DNA from: Bacteroidales bacterium
Lineage (GTDB): Bacteria > Bacteroidota > Bacteroidia > Bacteroidales > P3
Assembly: GCA_017517715.1 (NCBI GenBank)
Contig: JAFWYO010000137.1
Span: 6,018 to 70,017 of the forward strand
Reading direction: 5' to 3'
Length of the DNA stretch: 64,000 bases
In this document: piece by piece, positions 17,357-28,041 of the stretch
Numbering within the stretch: position 1 is the first letter of the stretch
Layout: every line of letters begins with the position of its first letter
Notes under the pieces: model-generated
Told to the model about the DNA's origin: nothing
Database searches by the model: none
Seen by the model: the letters and a program-made list of their open reading frames with translations, nothing else
Translations under genes and position numbers: made by a program

Positions 17357-17818
17357 TTGTGGAACGGCCGCCATACTATTGGCGACCTGATGAAGCACAA
17401 GCATCGTTTTGTGGTGCTCGACACAGAGACCTACAAAGAAAAGATATCTTTCCAACTGTCGGGAATCAATATATTTGTTTTCCTTGGCATAACATCGCTA
17501 GTGCTTGTGTTTCTGACGGCATTGCTGCTGGCATTCACTCCGCTGCGCGAACTTATACCCGGCTATGCTAACACCGGAATGGTGGCACAAACTTACGAGA
17601 ATGCCCGCACAATCGACTCTCTTGAAACGGAATTGAAGTCTCAGGAGGAGATGCTGGCCGACATACAATATATAATGTTAGGGAAGGACCCTGCCGAGCG
17701 TCACCGGATAGAGCGCCAAAGCAGCGATAGCGTCAAAGTGCAACCAACCCCCTACGTGCGTTCTAAAGCCGACAGCTTGCTGCGCGACGAGGTGGAAAAG
17801 AGGGAGAAAACGAAATGA
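17357..17818 (+). CDS. Hypothetical single-pass membrane protein (start uncertain; possible frameshifted N-terminus from ATG 17296)
   Basis: Has a TM helix (INIFVFLGITSLVLVFLTALLLAF) followed by a coiled-coil-like region. The stop overlaps the dxr start (ATGA). Confidence 0.55.
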   Translation: MWNGRHTIGDLMKHKHRFVVLDTETYKEKISFQLSGINIFVFLGITSLVLVFLTALLLAFTPLRELIPGYANTGMVAQTYENARTIDSLETELKSQEEMLADIQYIMLGKDPAERHRIERQSSDSVKVQPTPYVRSKADSLLRDEVEKREKTK

Positions 17819-18963
17819 ACAAAAGACATATAGCCATTCTCGGTTCTACGGGCTCGATAGGAACCCAGACGCTCAACGTCATCCGCCGCCACCCCGACCT
17901 GTTCGAAGCCGAGGTGTTGGTGGCAGGAGGCAATGCCGACTTGCTTATAGAGCAGGCCCTGGAATTCAATCCCAATATGGTTGTAATTGCCGACAAGGAA
18001 AAATATTCCAAAGTCAGCGAGGCCTTGAAGGATACCGACACGAAGGTCTTTGCAGGCGAAGAATCGATAGGCGATGCCGTGGAGATGGATTGCGTCGACA
18101 TCGTTGTCGCAGCCATCGTGGGCTTTGCCGGGCTTCGTCCCACGCTCAGGGCCATACGTGCCGGCAAGACAATAGCGCTGGCCAACAAAGAGACGATGGT
18201 CGTTGCCGGCGAAATAGTCACTTCCGAAGCGCGCCGCTGCGGTACCGCCATCCTGCCGGTCGACTCCGAGCACTCGGCTATTTTCCAGACCCTTCAGGGC
18301 GAAATGGGCAACCGCATCGACAAGATTTTGCTCACCGCCTCGGGCGGGCCGCTGCTGGGCCGTTCGCGCGCGCAGTTGCAGGATGTCGCACTCGAAGAAG
18401 TTCTGCACCACCCCAACTGGAATATGGGTCGCAAGGTCACCATCGATTCCGCCAGCCTGATGAACAAAGGGCTCGAGGTCATCGAAGCCAAGTGGCTGTT
18501 TGGCGTCGATACCGACCGTATCGAGGTGCTTGTCCATCCGCAAAGTATCGTGCATTCGATGGTGCAGTTCGAAGACGGTTCCATCAAAGCACAAATCGGA
18601 ACTCCCACGATGGAGACCCCCATACAGTATGCCCTCAGCTATCCGCACCGCATCGAAAGCCACATTCCGCGATTCAGCTTCTGGGAGCATCCCGAGCTGA
18701 CTTTCCTGCGCCCCGATACCGACACATTCCGTTGCCTGCCCCTGGCCTACAGCGCAATAGCCCGTGGCGGCAATATCCCTTGCGTGATGAACGCTGCCAA
18801 CGAGGTGGCCGTCCAGCGCCTCCTCGAAGGACGCCTGCGCTTTATAGAAATAGCCGATTTTGTGGCCGATGCTATGGATCGCGCCAACTTTATACCTCAG
18901 CCCACTTTCGACCAGCTGATAGAATGCGACGCCGAAGTGCGCAAAAACTTAATGCAAAAATAG
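17815..18963 (+). CDS. dxr: 1-deoxy-D-xylulose-5-phosphate reductoisomerase
   Basis: ILGSTGSIGTQTL, LANKE and NAANE are Dxr motifs. Length is 382 aa. Confidence 0.92.
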   Translation: MNKRHIAILGSTGSIGTQTLNVIRRHPDLFEAEVLVAGGNADLLIEQALEFNPNMVVIADKEKYSKVSEALKDTDTKVFAGEESIGDAVEMDCVDIVVAAIVGFAGLRPTLRAIRAGKTIALANKETMVVAGEIVTSEARRCGTAILPVDSEHSAIFQTLQGEMGNRIDKILLTASGGPLLGRSRAQLQDVALEEVLHHPNWNMGRKVTIDSASLMNKGLEVIEAKWLFGVDTDRIEVLVHPQSIVHSMVQFEDGSIKAQIGTPTMETPIQYALSYPHRIESHIPRFSFWEHPELTFLRPDTDTFRCLPLAYSAIARGGNIPCVMNAANEVAVQRLLEGRLRFIEIADFVADAMDRANFIPQPTFDQLIECDAEVRKNLMQK

Positions 18964-18970
18964 TCATTCA

Positions 18971-20443
18971 ATGAAAATAATAGCACTGCTCCTCAGCCTT
19001 TCGCTCCTCGTACTGACACACGAACTCGGGCATTTCTGTTTCGCCCGGCTCTTCAAGACGCGAGTACGCCGTTTCTACCTTTTCTTCAATTGGGGTTTCT
19101 CGATACTTAAAGCCAAGAAATTCAATGGCAAATGGCATTTCCTCTTCTTCAATTCGACTACTCCCGACGAGTGGAACGAAAAGAACCTGGCACCCGAAGA
19201 CCAGGACAATACCCTGTGGGGCATCGGTTGGGTACCCCTGGGCGGCTATTGCGACATAGCAGGAATGATCGACGAAACCAAGGGCAAAGACGATCTCGAA
19301 AGCGAACCGCAGCCCTGGGAATACCGCAGCAAAAAAGCCTGGCAGCGCCTTTGCATCATCAGCGGCGGCGTGCTGGTCAACTTCCTGTCGGCATTGCTCA
19401 TCTACACCTGCATCTTTGCGCATTGGGGCAAGAACGACCTGCCGCTCCAAAATGCCAAACTCGGATACGACTACCATCAGCTGCTTGTCGACGAGGGCTT
19501 CCAGGCGGGCGATGTCATCTGCGCCATCGATGGTGAGGAAATGACCAATATTGTCACCGCACAGCACAAGCTTTTGCTCGACAAACCCCAGGTCGTAACT
19601 GTTATGAGGCCCGTGCGCATCAGCGACACCTCCTACAGCGGCGACCAGGCCGCAGGCGAGCCTGTGGTGATGACCATCGCCGAACGCGACACGATGGTGC
19701 GCGTCGACATTAATATGTCGGCCGACCTGATGACCAAAATCGAGCCGCGCGACACCAACCTGCTCTTCACCGTGCGCACCCCGTTCGTGGTCAAGGACTT
19801 CGGCCCCGGCTCGCGCGCCAAACGTGCCGGTATGCAAATCGGCGACAGCGTGGTCAGCATCAACGGCGAGCCGATGGCTTGCTATACGGAAATAACGCCC
19901 AAGCTCAGCGAACTCAGCGACAGCATCGCCACAGTCGGACTTTGGCGCGACGGACAGTACACCACCGTTGATGTCGAGGTGGACGGCAAAGGCAAAATCG
20001 GAGTCTATCTGATGGATTACCGCGACCTCTTCGAATGCACGCACACCGACTACACATTCTGGCAGGCCATCCCCGTAGGCATCAGCTACGGCTGGGACCA
20101 AATGATCACCTATGCCCGCTCGCTCCGCATCCTCTTCACCAAGGACGGCTACAAGGGCCTGGGCGGTTTCGGCACGCTGGGCGGCCTTTTCCCCGAGCGC
20201 TGGAGCTGGTACTCCTTCTGGTCCATCACGGCCCTCCTGGCCCTTATTCTGGCCTTTATGAACGTCATCCCCATCCCCGGCCTTGACGGCGGACACATCG
20301 TCTTTACGCTGTGGGAAATAATAACCCGTCGCAAACCCAGCGAAAAATTCCTCGAAGTGACGCAAACCGTCGGTATGGTCATCCTACTGGCACTGCTCGT
20401 TGTGGCCAACGGCAACGACATTTTGCGGTGGCTGGGATTTTGA
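18971..20443 (+). CDS. rseP: RIP site-2 metalloprotease
   Basis: HELGHF zinc motif, PDZ-like central region and a C-terminal NVIPIPGLDGG motif. Confidence 0.88.
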   Translation: MKIIALLLSLSLLVLTHELGHFCFARLFKTRVRRFYLFFNWGFSILKAKKFNGKWHFLFFNSTTPDEWNEKNLAPEDQDNTLWGIGWVPLGGYCDIAGMIDETKGKDDLESEPQPWEYRSKKAWQRLCIISGGVLVNFLSALLIYTCIFAHWGKNDLPLQNAKLGYDYHQLLVDEGFQAGDVICAIDGEEMTNIVTAQHKLLLDKPQVVTVMRPVRISDTSYSGDQAAGEPVVMTIAERDTMVRVDINMSADLMTKIEPRDTNLLFTVRTPFVVKDFGPGSRAKRAGMQIGDSVVSINGEPMACYTEITPKLSELSDSIATVGLWRDGQYTTVDVEVDGKGKIGVYLMDYRDLFECTHTDYTFWQAIPVGISYGWDQMITYARSLRILFTKDGYKGLGGFGTLGGLFPERWSWYSFWSITALLALILAFMNVIPIPGLDGGHIVFTLWEIITRRKPSEKFLEVTQTVGMVILLALLVVANGNDILRWLGF

Positions 20444-20504
20444 CCTGAACAAGCATTATAATATTGAATAACACCGGCACAAACCGGCACGCCAACAGAA
20501 CGAT

Positions 20505-21839
20505 ATGAAAAAACTGGACAAACTGATAGTAAAGTCGTACGTGGGACCGCTGATCCTCACGTTCGTCATTGCCGTCTTTGTCCTGCTGATGCAGTTCATC
20601 TGGAAGTATGTCGACGACATCGCCGGCAAAGGCCTTTCCGTAGGCATCATCGGCGAGCTGCTGCTCGACGCCTCGGCCACCTTTGTGCCTATGGCAATGC
20701 CCATAGCCGTCCTGTTTGCCTCGATAATGACTATGGGCAACTTCGGCGAGCACTACGAGCTGGTGGCCATCAAAAGCGGCGGCATCCCTTTGTGGAGGGC
20801 TATGGTGCCGATGAGCATCATCGTGCTGTTTCTCACCGTAGTTGCCTTCCTTTTCGCCAACTATGTGATGCCCTCGGCGGTGCTGAAATACCGCACCACG
20901 CTCTACGACATCACGCGCAAAAAACCAGCCCTGAACATCCGTCCCGGCGAATACTATACCGAAATCGAAGGCTTCGTGATACGCGTAAACAAAAAGGACT
21001 CGGACGGCAAAACGCTGCACGACATAACGATCTACGACCATCGCGGCGCCACCGGCCAGCCGGACGTGGTCGTCGCCAAGCACGGCACAATGCAGACAAC
21101 CCCCGACGAGCGCTACCTGCTGTTCACCCTCTACGACGGTTGCTCGTACAGCGAGACAATGGGCAACGACAAAACCGAATCCAAACCCTTCACGCGCGTC
21201 TATTTCGAAAAGAACGAAGTGACCTTCGACCTCTCGGACTTCGCTTTCGACAAGACCGACGAGAGCATCTTCCAGGGCGGATACCAGATGATGAACCTGG
21301 AACAGCTCGACTCGAACGCGACGCGCCTCAAGGAGCAGCGCGACAAGACCTACGCCACGCAGTTCGAGAATATGAGCAACATAATGCCCCACTACAAGCC
21401 CACGAAAAGCGGCACGGCCGCAAGCGTGAATGCACTGCTCGACTCGCTCGCCACCAAAGACTGCCTTCGCGTCTGTGCCGACGCCCAGTCAAGGGCCGAA
21501 CGTTGCCTCAGTGACGCCCGCATCCATTCGCAAGTCGTCACCTCGCAAACCGAGTACATCAACCGCCACTATATCGAGTGGCACCGCAAATGGACGCTCA
21601 GCATAGCCTGCCTGGTCCTCTTCCTGGTCGGCGCCCCCTTCGGCTCCATAGTCCGCAAGGGCGGCCTCGGTGTGCCCCTGGTGGCCTCGGTGATATTCTT
21701 TGTCCTGTATTATGTGATAGGAATGATAGCCGAAAAGGCCGTCCGCGAAGGCGCCCTGGGCCCGATGGGTATGTGGATTTCCACCTTCGTTATGCTGCCC
21801 ATAGGCCTGCTGCTGACCTACAAGGCCGTGCAGCGCTAG
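20505..21839 (+). CDS. LptF/LptG family LPS export permease
   Basis: YjgP/YjgQ-type N-terminus, MKKLDKLIVKSYVGPLILTFVIAVFVLLMQFIW. Length is 444 aa, with several TM segments. Confidence 0.8.
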   Translation: MKKLDKLIVKSYVGPLILTFVIAVFVLLMQFIWKYVDDIAGKGLSVGIIGELLLDASATFVPMAMPIAVLFASIMTMGNFGEHYELVAIKSGGIPLWRAMVPMSIIVLFLTVVAFLFANYVMPSAVLKYRTTLYDITRKKPALNIRPGEYYTEIEGFVIRVNKKDSDGKTLHDITIYDHRGATGQPDVVVAKHGTMQTTPDERYLLFTLYDGCSYSETMGNDKTESKPFTRVYFEKNEVTFDLSDFAFDKTDESIFQGGYQMMNLEQLDSNATRLKEQRDKTYATQFENMSNIMPHYKPTKSGTAASVNALLDSLATKDCLRVCADAQSRAERCLSDARIHSQVVTSQTEYINRHYIEWHRKWTLSIACLVLFLVGAPFGSIVRKGGLGVPLVASVIFFVLYYVIGMIAEKAVREGALGPMGMWISTFVMLPIGLLLTYKAVQR

Positions 21840-22130
21840 CGCCCTTCCCTTGCCGTTTTTCTGTTCGGCGCTCCGAAGCGCTGTCCCGGTTCCGCCAGCC
21901 ACCCGCTAGCGGGTGCCGGCCTTTCGTGCCAAGAATCCGTAGGGGAGCAAATTTTTTTTTGAGAAAAATTACTATTAAAACATAGTGAGAATCAACCGTA
22001 TACGAACTTTTCAAAAAATTTTTTCAATTTTTTTCACTATGTTTGTAGTTTTTGGGGTTTGTTTTTCGTTTTATTGGGTGTAAAAAACAGAAATCAATTA
22101 ATCAATCATCAAAACAAAATTTAATTCAAA

Positions 22131-22703
22131 ATGAAAAAAACATTCTTTTTCGCTCTCGTAGCACTTCTGACTCTTGGTATGGCTTCCTGCTCGAAGGAAA
22201 ACGTTGAACCCGCCAACCAGAACATCGACCTCAACGCAAACGCTCTGAAAGCAAACAAGAGCAATAATTTCGCCAGCACCCAGTGGGTGTGCAATGTTGA
22301 TACGGTTCTCGACCTTGGTGCTATCTACGGCATCAACGACCCGAATATTGACCTGACTATTCCTGTCAACACCACTTTCACCCTCGATTTCAACGCCACT
22401 GGCGACACCCTGGCTCTCTCGATCAGCGCTTTTGACAGCTCGGAAGTTGTCTTCGTTACCGGCGACGGCGAGACTATGACTATCGACTTTGCTTTCAACT
22501 TTGATCAGGCTACCAACATCGGCACGATGGTCGGAACCGTGAACGACATCACCGGCGAGCCCGTTACCATCACCCTCGAGTTTGTGTATGACGTTATTAC
22601 TAACACTATGACAGTGACTTCGCCCCTGGAAGGCGACCCGACCGACCCGGTCAGCACTACTTTCCTCGGTTTCTTTGAAACTCTGGTTTTCAGCCTCGTC
22701 TAA
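22131..22703 (+). CDS. Hypothetical lipoprotein
   Basis: Lipobox LTLGMASCSKEN. A TATGTTTG box at 22038-22045 lies upstream. Confidence 0.6.
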   Translation: MKKTFFFALVALLTLGMASCSKENVEPANQNIDLNANALKANKSNNFASTQWVCNVDTVLDLGAIYGINDPNIDLTIPVNTTFTLDFNATGDTLALSISAFDSSEVVFVTGDGETMTIDFAFNFDQATNIGTMVGTVNDITGEPVTITLEFVYDVITNTMTVTSPLEGDPTDPVSTTFLGFFETLVFSLV

Positions 22704-22906
22704 CTTAACTTATAAAACTTTTCATAACGTAATAGTGTTAATGAATCATTGGGGAGGAGTCCGTGAAGGTCTCCTCCTTTTTTTTGAAACTTTCGTCGAG
22801 GGGAAAGTTTTTCTTTACTTTTAACATACTGATAAATAATTTTTTGGAGGGTGTGGCGTTATTGAATGAAAATTGAGTGAAAAAAACGTAAATAAAGATA
22901 ATTAAG

Positions 22907-23974
22907 ATGGAAGATTTTTTTGTTTCCGGTATACAGCAAGTCGGCGTGGGATGTGTTGATTTCCAGGCTGCTTGGCGCTGGTATATCGAAATGTTCCAGA
23001 TGGATGTGCGCATACTGGAGGACGACACGGTGGCCGAGCGTATGCTGCCTTATACGGGCGGCAAGGCCCAGAAGCGCCACGCCTGTATAGCTGTCAACCT
23101 TCAGGGTGGCGGCGGTTTCGAGATTTGGCAGTATAGCGAACGCAAGCCGCAGCCAGTGGGTTTTGACATCCAGGTTGGCGACTTGGGTATTTTTGCCGCC
23201 AAAATCAAAAGCCGCGATGTCGAGTCTTTCCATAGAGAACTTGCGGCCAAGTACGACCGTGTGGGACCTGTGTGCCAGTCGCCTGACGGACGCCGTTGTT
23301 TTGTGGTCGAGGACCCTTGGGGCAATTGGTTCCAGGTGGTCGAGGACGGGACGGTCTTCATCGACCGCGGACAGCTGAGCGGCGGCATTGTGGGCGCGAC
23401 GACCGGATGTAGCGACATCGACCGCACTATGCCGCTGTATCGCGACGTGTTGGGATACGACCGCGTGGTGTACGATGTTACGGGCACATTCGACGATTTG
23501 GCCTATATGCGCGGCGGCGACGGGCGTTTCCGTCGTGTGCTGCTGGCTGGCAGCAAGAAGCGCAAGGGCGCTTTTGTGCCGCTGTTTGGCGAGAGCACCA
23601 TCGAGTTGGTCCAGTCGCTAGACCGCCAGCCCCGCAAGATATACGAAGGCCGCCAGTGGGGCGACCCGGGTTTTATCCAGATTTGCTTCGATGTGACCAA
23701 TATGCGTGCGCTCGAGAAGCATTGCAACGCTTTGGGCTTCCCGTTCACGGTGGACAGCTGCAAGGGCGACGAGCACTTCGATATGGGCGAGGCCAGTGGC
23801 CACTTCACGTATGTCGAGGATCCCGACGGCACGCTGATAGAACTGGTCGAAGCGCACAAGCTGACAGTGCTGAAGCGTCCGCACATTTACATAGATATGC
23901 TGAAGCGTAACCGCGAGAAGGCTTTCCCGAAGCTGTTTTTCAGGCTTATGGCTTTGAACAAGGTGAAACTTTAA
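22907..23974 (+). CDS. VOC (glyoxalase/dioxygenase) superfamily protein, multi-domain
   Basis: 355 aa. GIQQVGVGCVDFQAAWRWY and the repeated beta-alpha-beta-beta-beta-like modules are typical of VOC proteins. It ends 21 nt before the first Hdr-like gene. Confidence 0.6.
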   Translation: MEDFFVSGIQQVGVGCVDFQAAWRWYIEMFQMDVRILEDDTVAERMLPYTGGKAQKRHACIAVNLQGGGGFEIWQYSERKPQPVGFDIQVGDLGIFAAKIKSRDVESFHRELAAKYDRVGPVCQSPDGRRCFVVEDPWGNWFQVVEDGTVFIDRGQLSGGIVGATTGCSDIDRTMPLYRDVLGYDRVVYDVTGTFDDLAYMRGGDGRFRRVLLAGSKKRKGAFVPLFGESTIELVQSLDRQPRKIYEGRQWGDPGFIQICFDVTNMRALEKHCNALGFPFTVDSCKGDEHFDMGEASGHFTYVEDPDGTLIELVEAHKLTVLKRPHIYIDMLKRNREKAFPKLFFRLMALNKVKL

Positions 23975-23995
23975 AACGAGAGAAACACTATTTTT

Positions 23996-24601
23996 ATGAG
24001 TAACTTGGTCGATTATATAAAGCAGGACGAGCGGGCCGACGAGGCTCTGAAAGCCTGTATGAACTGCGGAATGTGCACGGCGGTCTGTCCTGCGGCAGAA
24101 TTCTACGACTACGATCCGCGCCGCATCTGCGATATCGTCCAGCGCGGCGACGAGACGGAAATAGAGAACCTGCTCAAGGGCGACACGATATGGTTCTGTG
24201 GCCAGTGTATGTCGTGCAAGACGCGCTGTCCGCGCGGCAATGTGCCTGGCGAGCTGATCAGCGTTTTGCGTCGCGCCTCGGAGGAGCTTGGCTATTTTGC
24301 CGAGAGCGAAAAGGGCCGACAGCAGAAACAGCTGATGAACTCTATCGGCAGCAACATTCTGGAGATAGGCTATTGTGTGCATCCCGACCGGGTGGATCCC
24401 GACTATCACCCCGAGCAGGGCCCGATATGGGAATGGTACAAGGAAAACATCGAGGAGATAGCCCCGAAGCTGGGTGCCAACTATCACGGCAACGGTCCGG
24501 GAGCCTTGCGCAACATACCCGAAGAGGACTTGGACGAGGTGCGCCGCATTTTTGAGGTTACGGGAGGTATGGAATTGAGGGAAAAAGTGCTGGAGAATTG
24601 A
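23996..24601 (+). CDS. HdrC-like 4Fe-4S dicluster protein
   Basis: Two CxxCxxCxxxCP motifs: CMNCGMCTAVCP and CGQCMSCKTRCP. Confidence 0.75.
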   Translation: MSNLVDYIKQDERADEALKACMNCGMCTAVCPAAEFYDYDPRRICDIVQRGDETEIENLLKGDTIWFCGQCMSCKTRCPRGNVPGELISVLRRASEELGYFAESEKGRQQKQLMNSIGSNILEIGYCVHPDRVDPDYHPEQGPIWEWYKENIEEIAPKLGANYHGNGPGALRNIPEEDLDEVRRIFEVTGGMELREKVLEN

Positions 24602-24654
24602 GAATGGGGGAAGGGCGATAATTAGTTGCAAATCTTTGATTACACAAGGAATAA

Positions 24655-25020
24655 ATGAAAAAATTCGGATTCGTTATTTCGCAGGGCCGTCAGCTCAATT
24701 TCGACGAGATGCACAACGAGAAGGTGGAAAAACTGCTCGAACTGGTGCCATCGTACAGGTTGTGTATCGGTTGCGGCGGTTGTACGGCGGCCTGCTCGGC
24801 GGCCGGTTTTACCGACTATAATATCCGCAAGATACACACTTCGTTCTTCAGAGCCCAGTATGAAGGTCTGGACGAGCAGTTGAAGCGGTGTATGCTGTGT
24901 GGCAAGTGCCTGCTGGTATGTCCGCGAGGAGTGAACACGCGGTCGCTGATAATCAATATGAGAAGGGTGCTTGCCAATGTGCAGCCCAACACTTTTGTAA
25001 GAAAGGGGGCGGAAGAATGA
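24655..25020 (+). CDS. Small HdrC-like 4Fe-4S ferredoxin-domain protein
   Basis: Cluster motifs CIGCGGCTAAC and CMLCGKCLLVCP. Length is 121 aa. Confidence 0.7.
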   Translation: MKKFGFVISQGRQLNFDEMHNEKVEKLLELVPSYRLCIGCGGCTAACSAAGFTDYNIRKIHTSFFRAQYEGLDEQLKRCMLCGKCLLVCPRGVNTRSLIINMRRVLANVQPNTFVRKGAEE

Positions 25021-26897
25021 AGTGGCCGTTTGTCGTTTTTGCTATTTTGTACTGGCTCGGCGTAGTGGGCCTGATGGTTAAGTGGGTCTTTTTCGAGCCG
25101 CTGTTTTCGGTCTTCGTGCTGCCTTTTATGCTGGGTGTCATTCTGTTGCTGTTCTTCTCGATTGTCAAATATTGGCGTTGGATCAACAGTTTCGACAAGC
25201 TGCAGCGCGCCATAATACGCAAGAATATCTGGAGCTGGCGTTTCCTGCCTGCCATTTGGGAGGCGTTCCGCGAAGGCTTGCTGCACTGGCGCATCACGAA
25301 AAAGAATCTTTTGCTGGGATATATGCACCGCAGCCTTGCTTTCGGCTGGTTTCTGCTTATCGTTGTCGGTGCTGTCCAGTCCCGTCTGGCGATTCCCGAC
25401 GGACACCCTATGTGGGTTGCCATTTTCTTCAATTATTTTGAGCAGGATGTGGATATTTCGGCATTCAAACACGCTGTGCTTTTTGCCAACGTGATGGATG
25501 CTTTGCTGATATATGTGCTTAGCGGTCTTTTCCTGGCTATGTTCAAGAAGGTGTGGTCGCGCCCGATGGGTATGAAGCGCACCACGCGACATACGCTGAT
25601 GGACCGCGTGGCCAAGATGGCCCTTTGGTGCATCTTCCCCTTCAGGCTTCTTTCGGAAGGGGTTACGTCGTCTCTGTATGGCAATGGCGGTTTTATGATC
25701 AAGCCTCTGGGCGATCTGATCTATACGATAGGACTGTCCAACCAGGCTTTTGAATACACCTGCTGGACGCTTTACAGTGTTGCCCTGGGCACATTCTTCT
25801 GCCTGATGCCGTTCTCGCGCTATATGCATATCTTTACCGAGATTTTCCTGATTTATTTCCGCCAGTTGGGTGTGCACGACAGCGACAAGAAAACGGGCTA
25901 CACGATGTTCGAACTCAGTGCCTGCTCGCGTTGCGGAATCTGTATCGACGGCTGTCCGATGAACAAGGAACTGGGCATTGTGAATATGCAGGGCGTTTAT
26001 ATGTTGCAGTCTATCAGGAATCTGGAACTGCAGAAGAATGCCGAGCCGATAGCTGAAAACTGCCTGATGTGCGACCGTTGTGTTGCCGATTGCCCTGTCA
26101 ATCTGGACCTTTCGGTCATACGCCGTCAGGTGCGCATCAATAACAAAAAGGATATAGACAGCAAGGGTGGCTATGGCTATCTGCGTGATGTCCAGCCGTT
26201 CAACTCGATAGGCCGTGTTGCCTATTTTGGCGGATGTATGTCGCATCTGACGCCGGGCATCACCAAATCGATGGAGACGATTTTCAATGCTGTCGGTCAG
26301 AAATACTGGTATATGGACCGGGACGAGACTATCTGTTGCGGTCGCCCGCTACTGCAGCAGGGCTTCGAAAACCAGGCCTTTGAACTGCGGCGCAAGAACA
26401 CGGAGCTCATTGTCAACAGCAAGGCGACAATGCTAGTCACTTCGTGCCCAATCTGTTATCAGTCGTTCAAGAAGGAGTACAAGCTGTCGATTCCGGTGGT
26501 GCACCACACGGAGTATATCAATATGCTGATAGAGAGCGGCCGGCTGAAGCTGCGCAAGGACGACCGCAAAGTGACCTACCACGACCCGTGCGAACTGGGA
26601 AGGGGATGCGGCATATACGACGAGCCGCGCGACATCCTGAAGGCGACCACAACGCTGCTCAAAACCAAGAATGAACGTGAACACAGCCTGTGCTGTGGTT
26701 TCAATCTGGGCAATCCGCTGTTGGACATCGAACAGCAGACCGAGATTCGCAACGCATCGCGCGAAAACCTGTTGGCACCGGAACCGGACTTGATAGCAAC
26801 AGCCTGTCCGATGTGCAAAAAGGCCTTTATGCGTGCCGACAATGTGCCGGTTAAGGATATAGCCGAAATTGTGGCCGAGAATATTATAAAAAGTTGA
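25017..26897 (+). CDS. Membrane-anchored HdrD/DsrK-like Fe-S protein (polytopic N-terminal domain, 2x[4Fe-4S], two CCG domains)
   Basis: I chose the ATG at 25017, which forms an ATGA overlap with the upstream stop. The N-terminal hydrophobic helices are followed by CSRCGICIDGCP and CLMCDRCVADCP. The CCG domains read CCGRP...CPICY and CCGFNLG...CPMCK. Confidence 0.75.
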   Translation: MKWPFVVFAILYWLGVVGLMVKWVFFEPLFSVFVLPFMLGVILLLFFSIVKYWRWINSFDKLQRAIIRKNIWSWRFLPAIWEAFREGLLHWRITKKNLLLGYMHRSLAFGWFLLIVVGAVQSRLAIPDGHPMWVAIFFNYFEQDVDISAFKHAVLFANVMDALLIYVLSGLFLAMFKKVWSRPMGMKRTTRHTLMDRVAKMALWCIFPFRLLSEGVTSSLYGNGGFMIKPLGDLIYTIGLSNQAFEYTCWTLYSVALGTFFCLMPFSRYMHIFTEIFLIYFRQLGVHDSDKKTGYTMFELSACSRCGICIDGCPMNKELGIVNMQGVYMLQSIRNLELQKNAEPIAENCLMCDRCVADCPVNLDLSVIRRQVRINNKKDIDSKGGYGYLRDVQPFNSIGRVAYFGGCMSHLTPGITKSMETIFNAVGQKYWYMDRDETICCGRPLLQQGFENQAFELRRKNTELIVNSKATMLVTSCPICYQSFKKEYKLSIPVVHHTEYINMLIESGRLKLRKDDRKVTYHDPCELGRGCGIYDEPRDILKATTTLLKTKNEREHSLCCGFNLGNPLLDIEQQTEIRNASRENLLAPEPDLIATACPMCKKAFMRADNVPVKDIAEIVAENIIKS

Positions 26898-26933
26898 AAA
26901 ACTGAGGTTTAATCCGGAATATTAGAATTGTTT

Positions 26934-27995
26934 ATGGAAAAACGTTTTTGGAACGAGTATCAAAAAGAGATTGCCGACGACCATTTCTTCTATGAGCGGA
27001 GCTGCATCAGGCAGACTTTCTTTCCTGGTTCGGAGGCTGCTTTCCTGCGCATCCTGCGCGACGAACTGGGCAAGGATATCTGCGACAACCCACACCAGCA
27101 CACGTGTACGGGAATCGGCTACCACAGCGATGTGGTTCCTTTTGAGACAACAATGACGGTGGTGGCGCGCCTGTTCTCGCTGATGACGGAGTGCGGATAC
27201 GAGAACTATGTGCCTTCGTGCGTCACTTCGTTTGGTGTTTTTTCGGAGATGATAGAAAAGTGGGAAAACGAGCCTGAGCTGCTCGCAAAAGCCCAGCAAT
27301 ATCTCTGGGAGGCCACAAAACGCGAATTCAAAATACCAAAGAATATCGTGCATCCGTCGGATGTCATCTACAAATTCCGGTTCGACCTGAAGCCGAAAAT
27401 GAAATATCAGCTGGTGAACCGTTTCACCGGCAAGCCTTTGCGCGTTGTGGAGCATATTGGCTGCCATTATGCCAAGATTTTCCCTGAGCGTGGCATCGGC
27501 AAGGCTGAGTTTCCCTACGTGCTGGCAGGAATGATCGAGGCGTGGGGCGGCGAGGTTGTGGATTATCCCGAACGGCGCCATTGCTGCGGGTTTGGATTCA
27601 GGCAGTATCTGGTGCAGGAAAACCGCGGCTATTCTATTGCCAATACGAAAAAGAAGTTCCAGTCAATGGAGCCCTTCGAGCCCGACTTCATACTTACCAA
27701 TTGCCCGGGATGCGCTATGTTTATGGACAAATGGCAGTATACCATTGCTGAAATGGAACACAAGACTTTTGACAAACAAGGCTATGGCATTCCGGTGCTG
27801 ACATACGAGGAGCTGACCGGATTGTTGCTGGGCTACGACCCTTGGCAGCTGGGACTTCAGCTGCACCAGGTGCAGAGCGAGCAGTTGCTCAACAAAATTG
27901 GCATCGCCTATAATCCCGACGAGAAATATAAGGGCGTTTCGGGCCGTTTGCTGCCCCGTCCTGCCCGTCCCGAATGCCTCAAAGTCGAATCGTGA
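26934..27995 (+). CDS. HdrB-like CCG-domain protein
   Basis: The C-terminal CCG domain is canonical (HIGCHYAK ... RRHCCGFGF ... NCPGCAMF). The N-terminal copy is degenerate. I preferred the ATG at 26934 over the TTG at 26928. Confidence 0.7.
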   Translation: MEKRFWNEYQKEIADDHFFYERSCIRQTFFPGSEAAFLRILRDELGKDICDNPHQHTCTGIGYHSDVVPFETTMTVVARLFSLMTECGYENYVPSCVTSFGVFSEMIEKWENEPELLAKAQQYLWEATKREFKIPKNIVHPSDVIYKFRFDLKPKMKYQLVNRFTGKPLRVVEHIGCHYAKIFPERGIGKAEFPYVLAGMIEAWGGEVVDYPERRHCCGFGFRQYLVQENRGYSIANTKKKFQSMEPFEPDFILTNCPGCAMFMDKWQYTIAEMEHKTFDKQGYGIPVLTYEELTGLLLGYDPWQLGLQLHQVQSEQLLNKIGIAYNPDEKYKGVSGRLLPRPARPECLKVES

Positions 27996-28041
27996 CAATA
28001 TATATAATTCATTCTTTCTTTAATCGAATAAAATCATAAAA

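Noticed and set aside
24888-25016. N-terminal extension of the HdrD-like ORF (track start 24888).
   Set aside because: It overlaps the preceding ferredoxin-like gene in another frame. The ATG at 25017 forms an ATGA overlap and starts directly at the first transmembrane helix.
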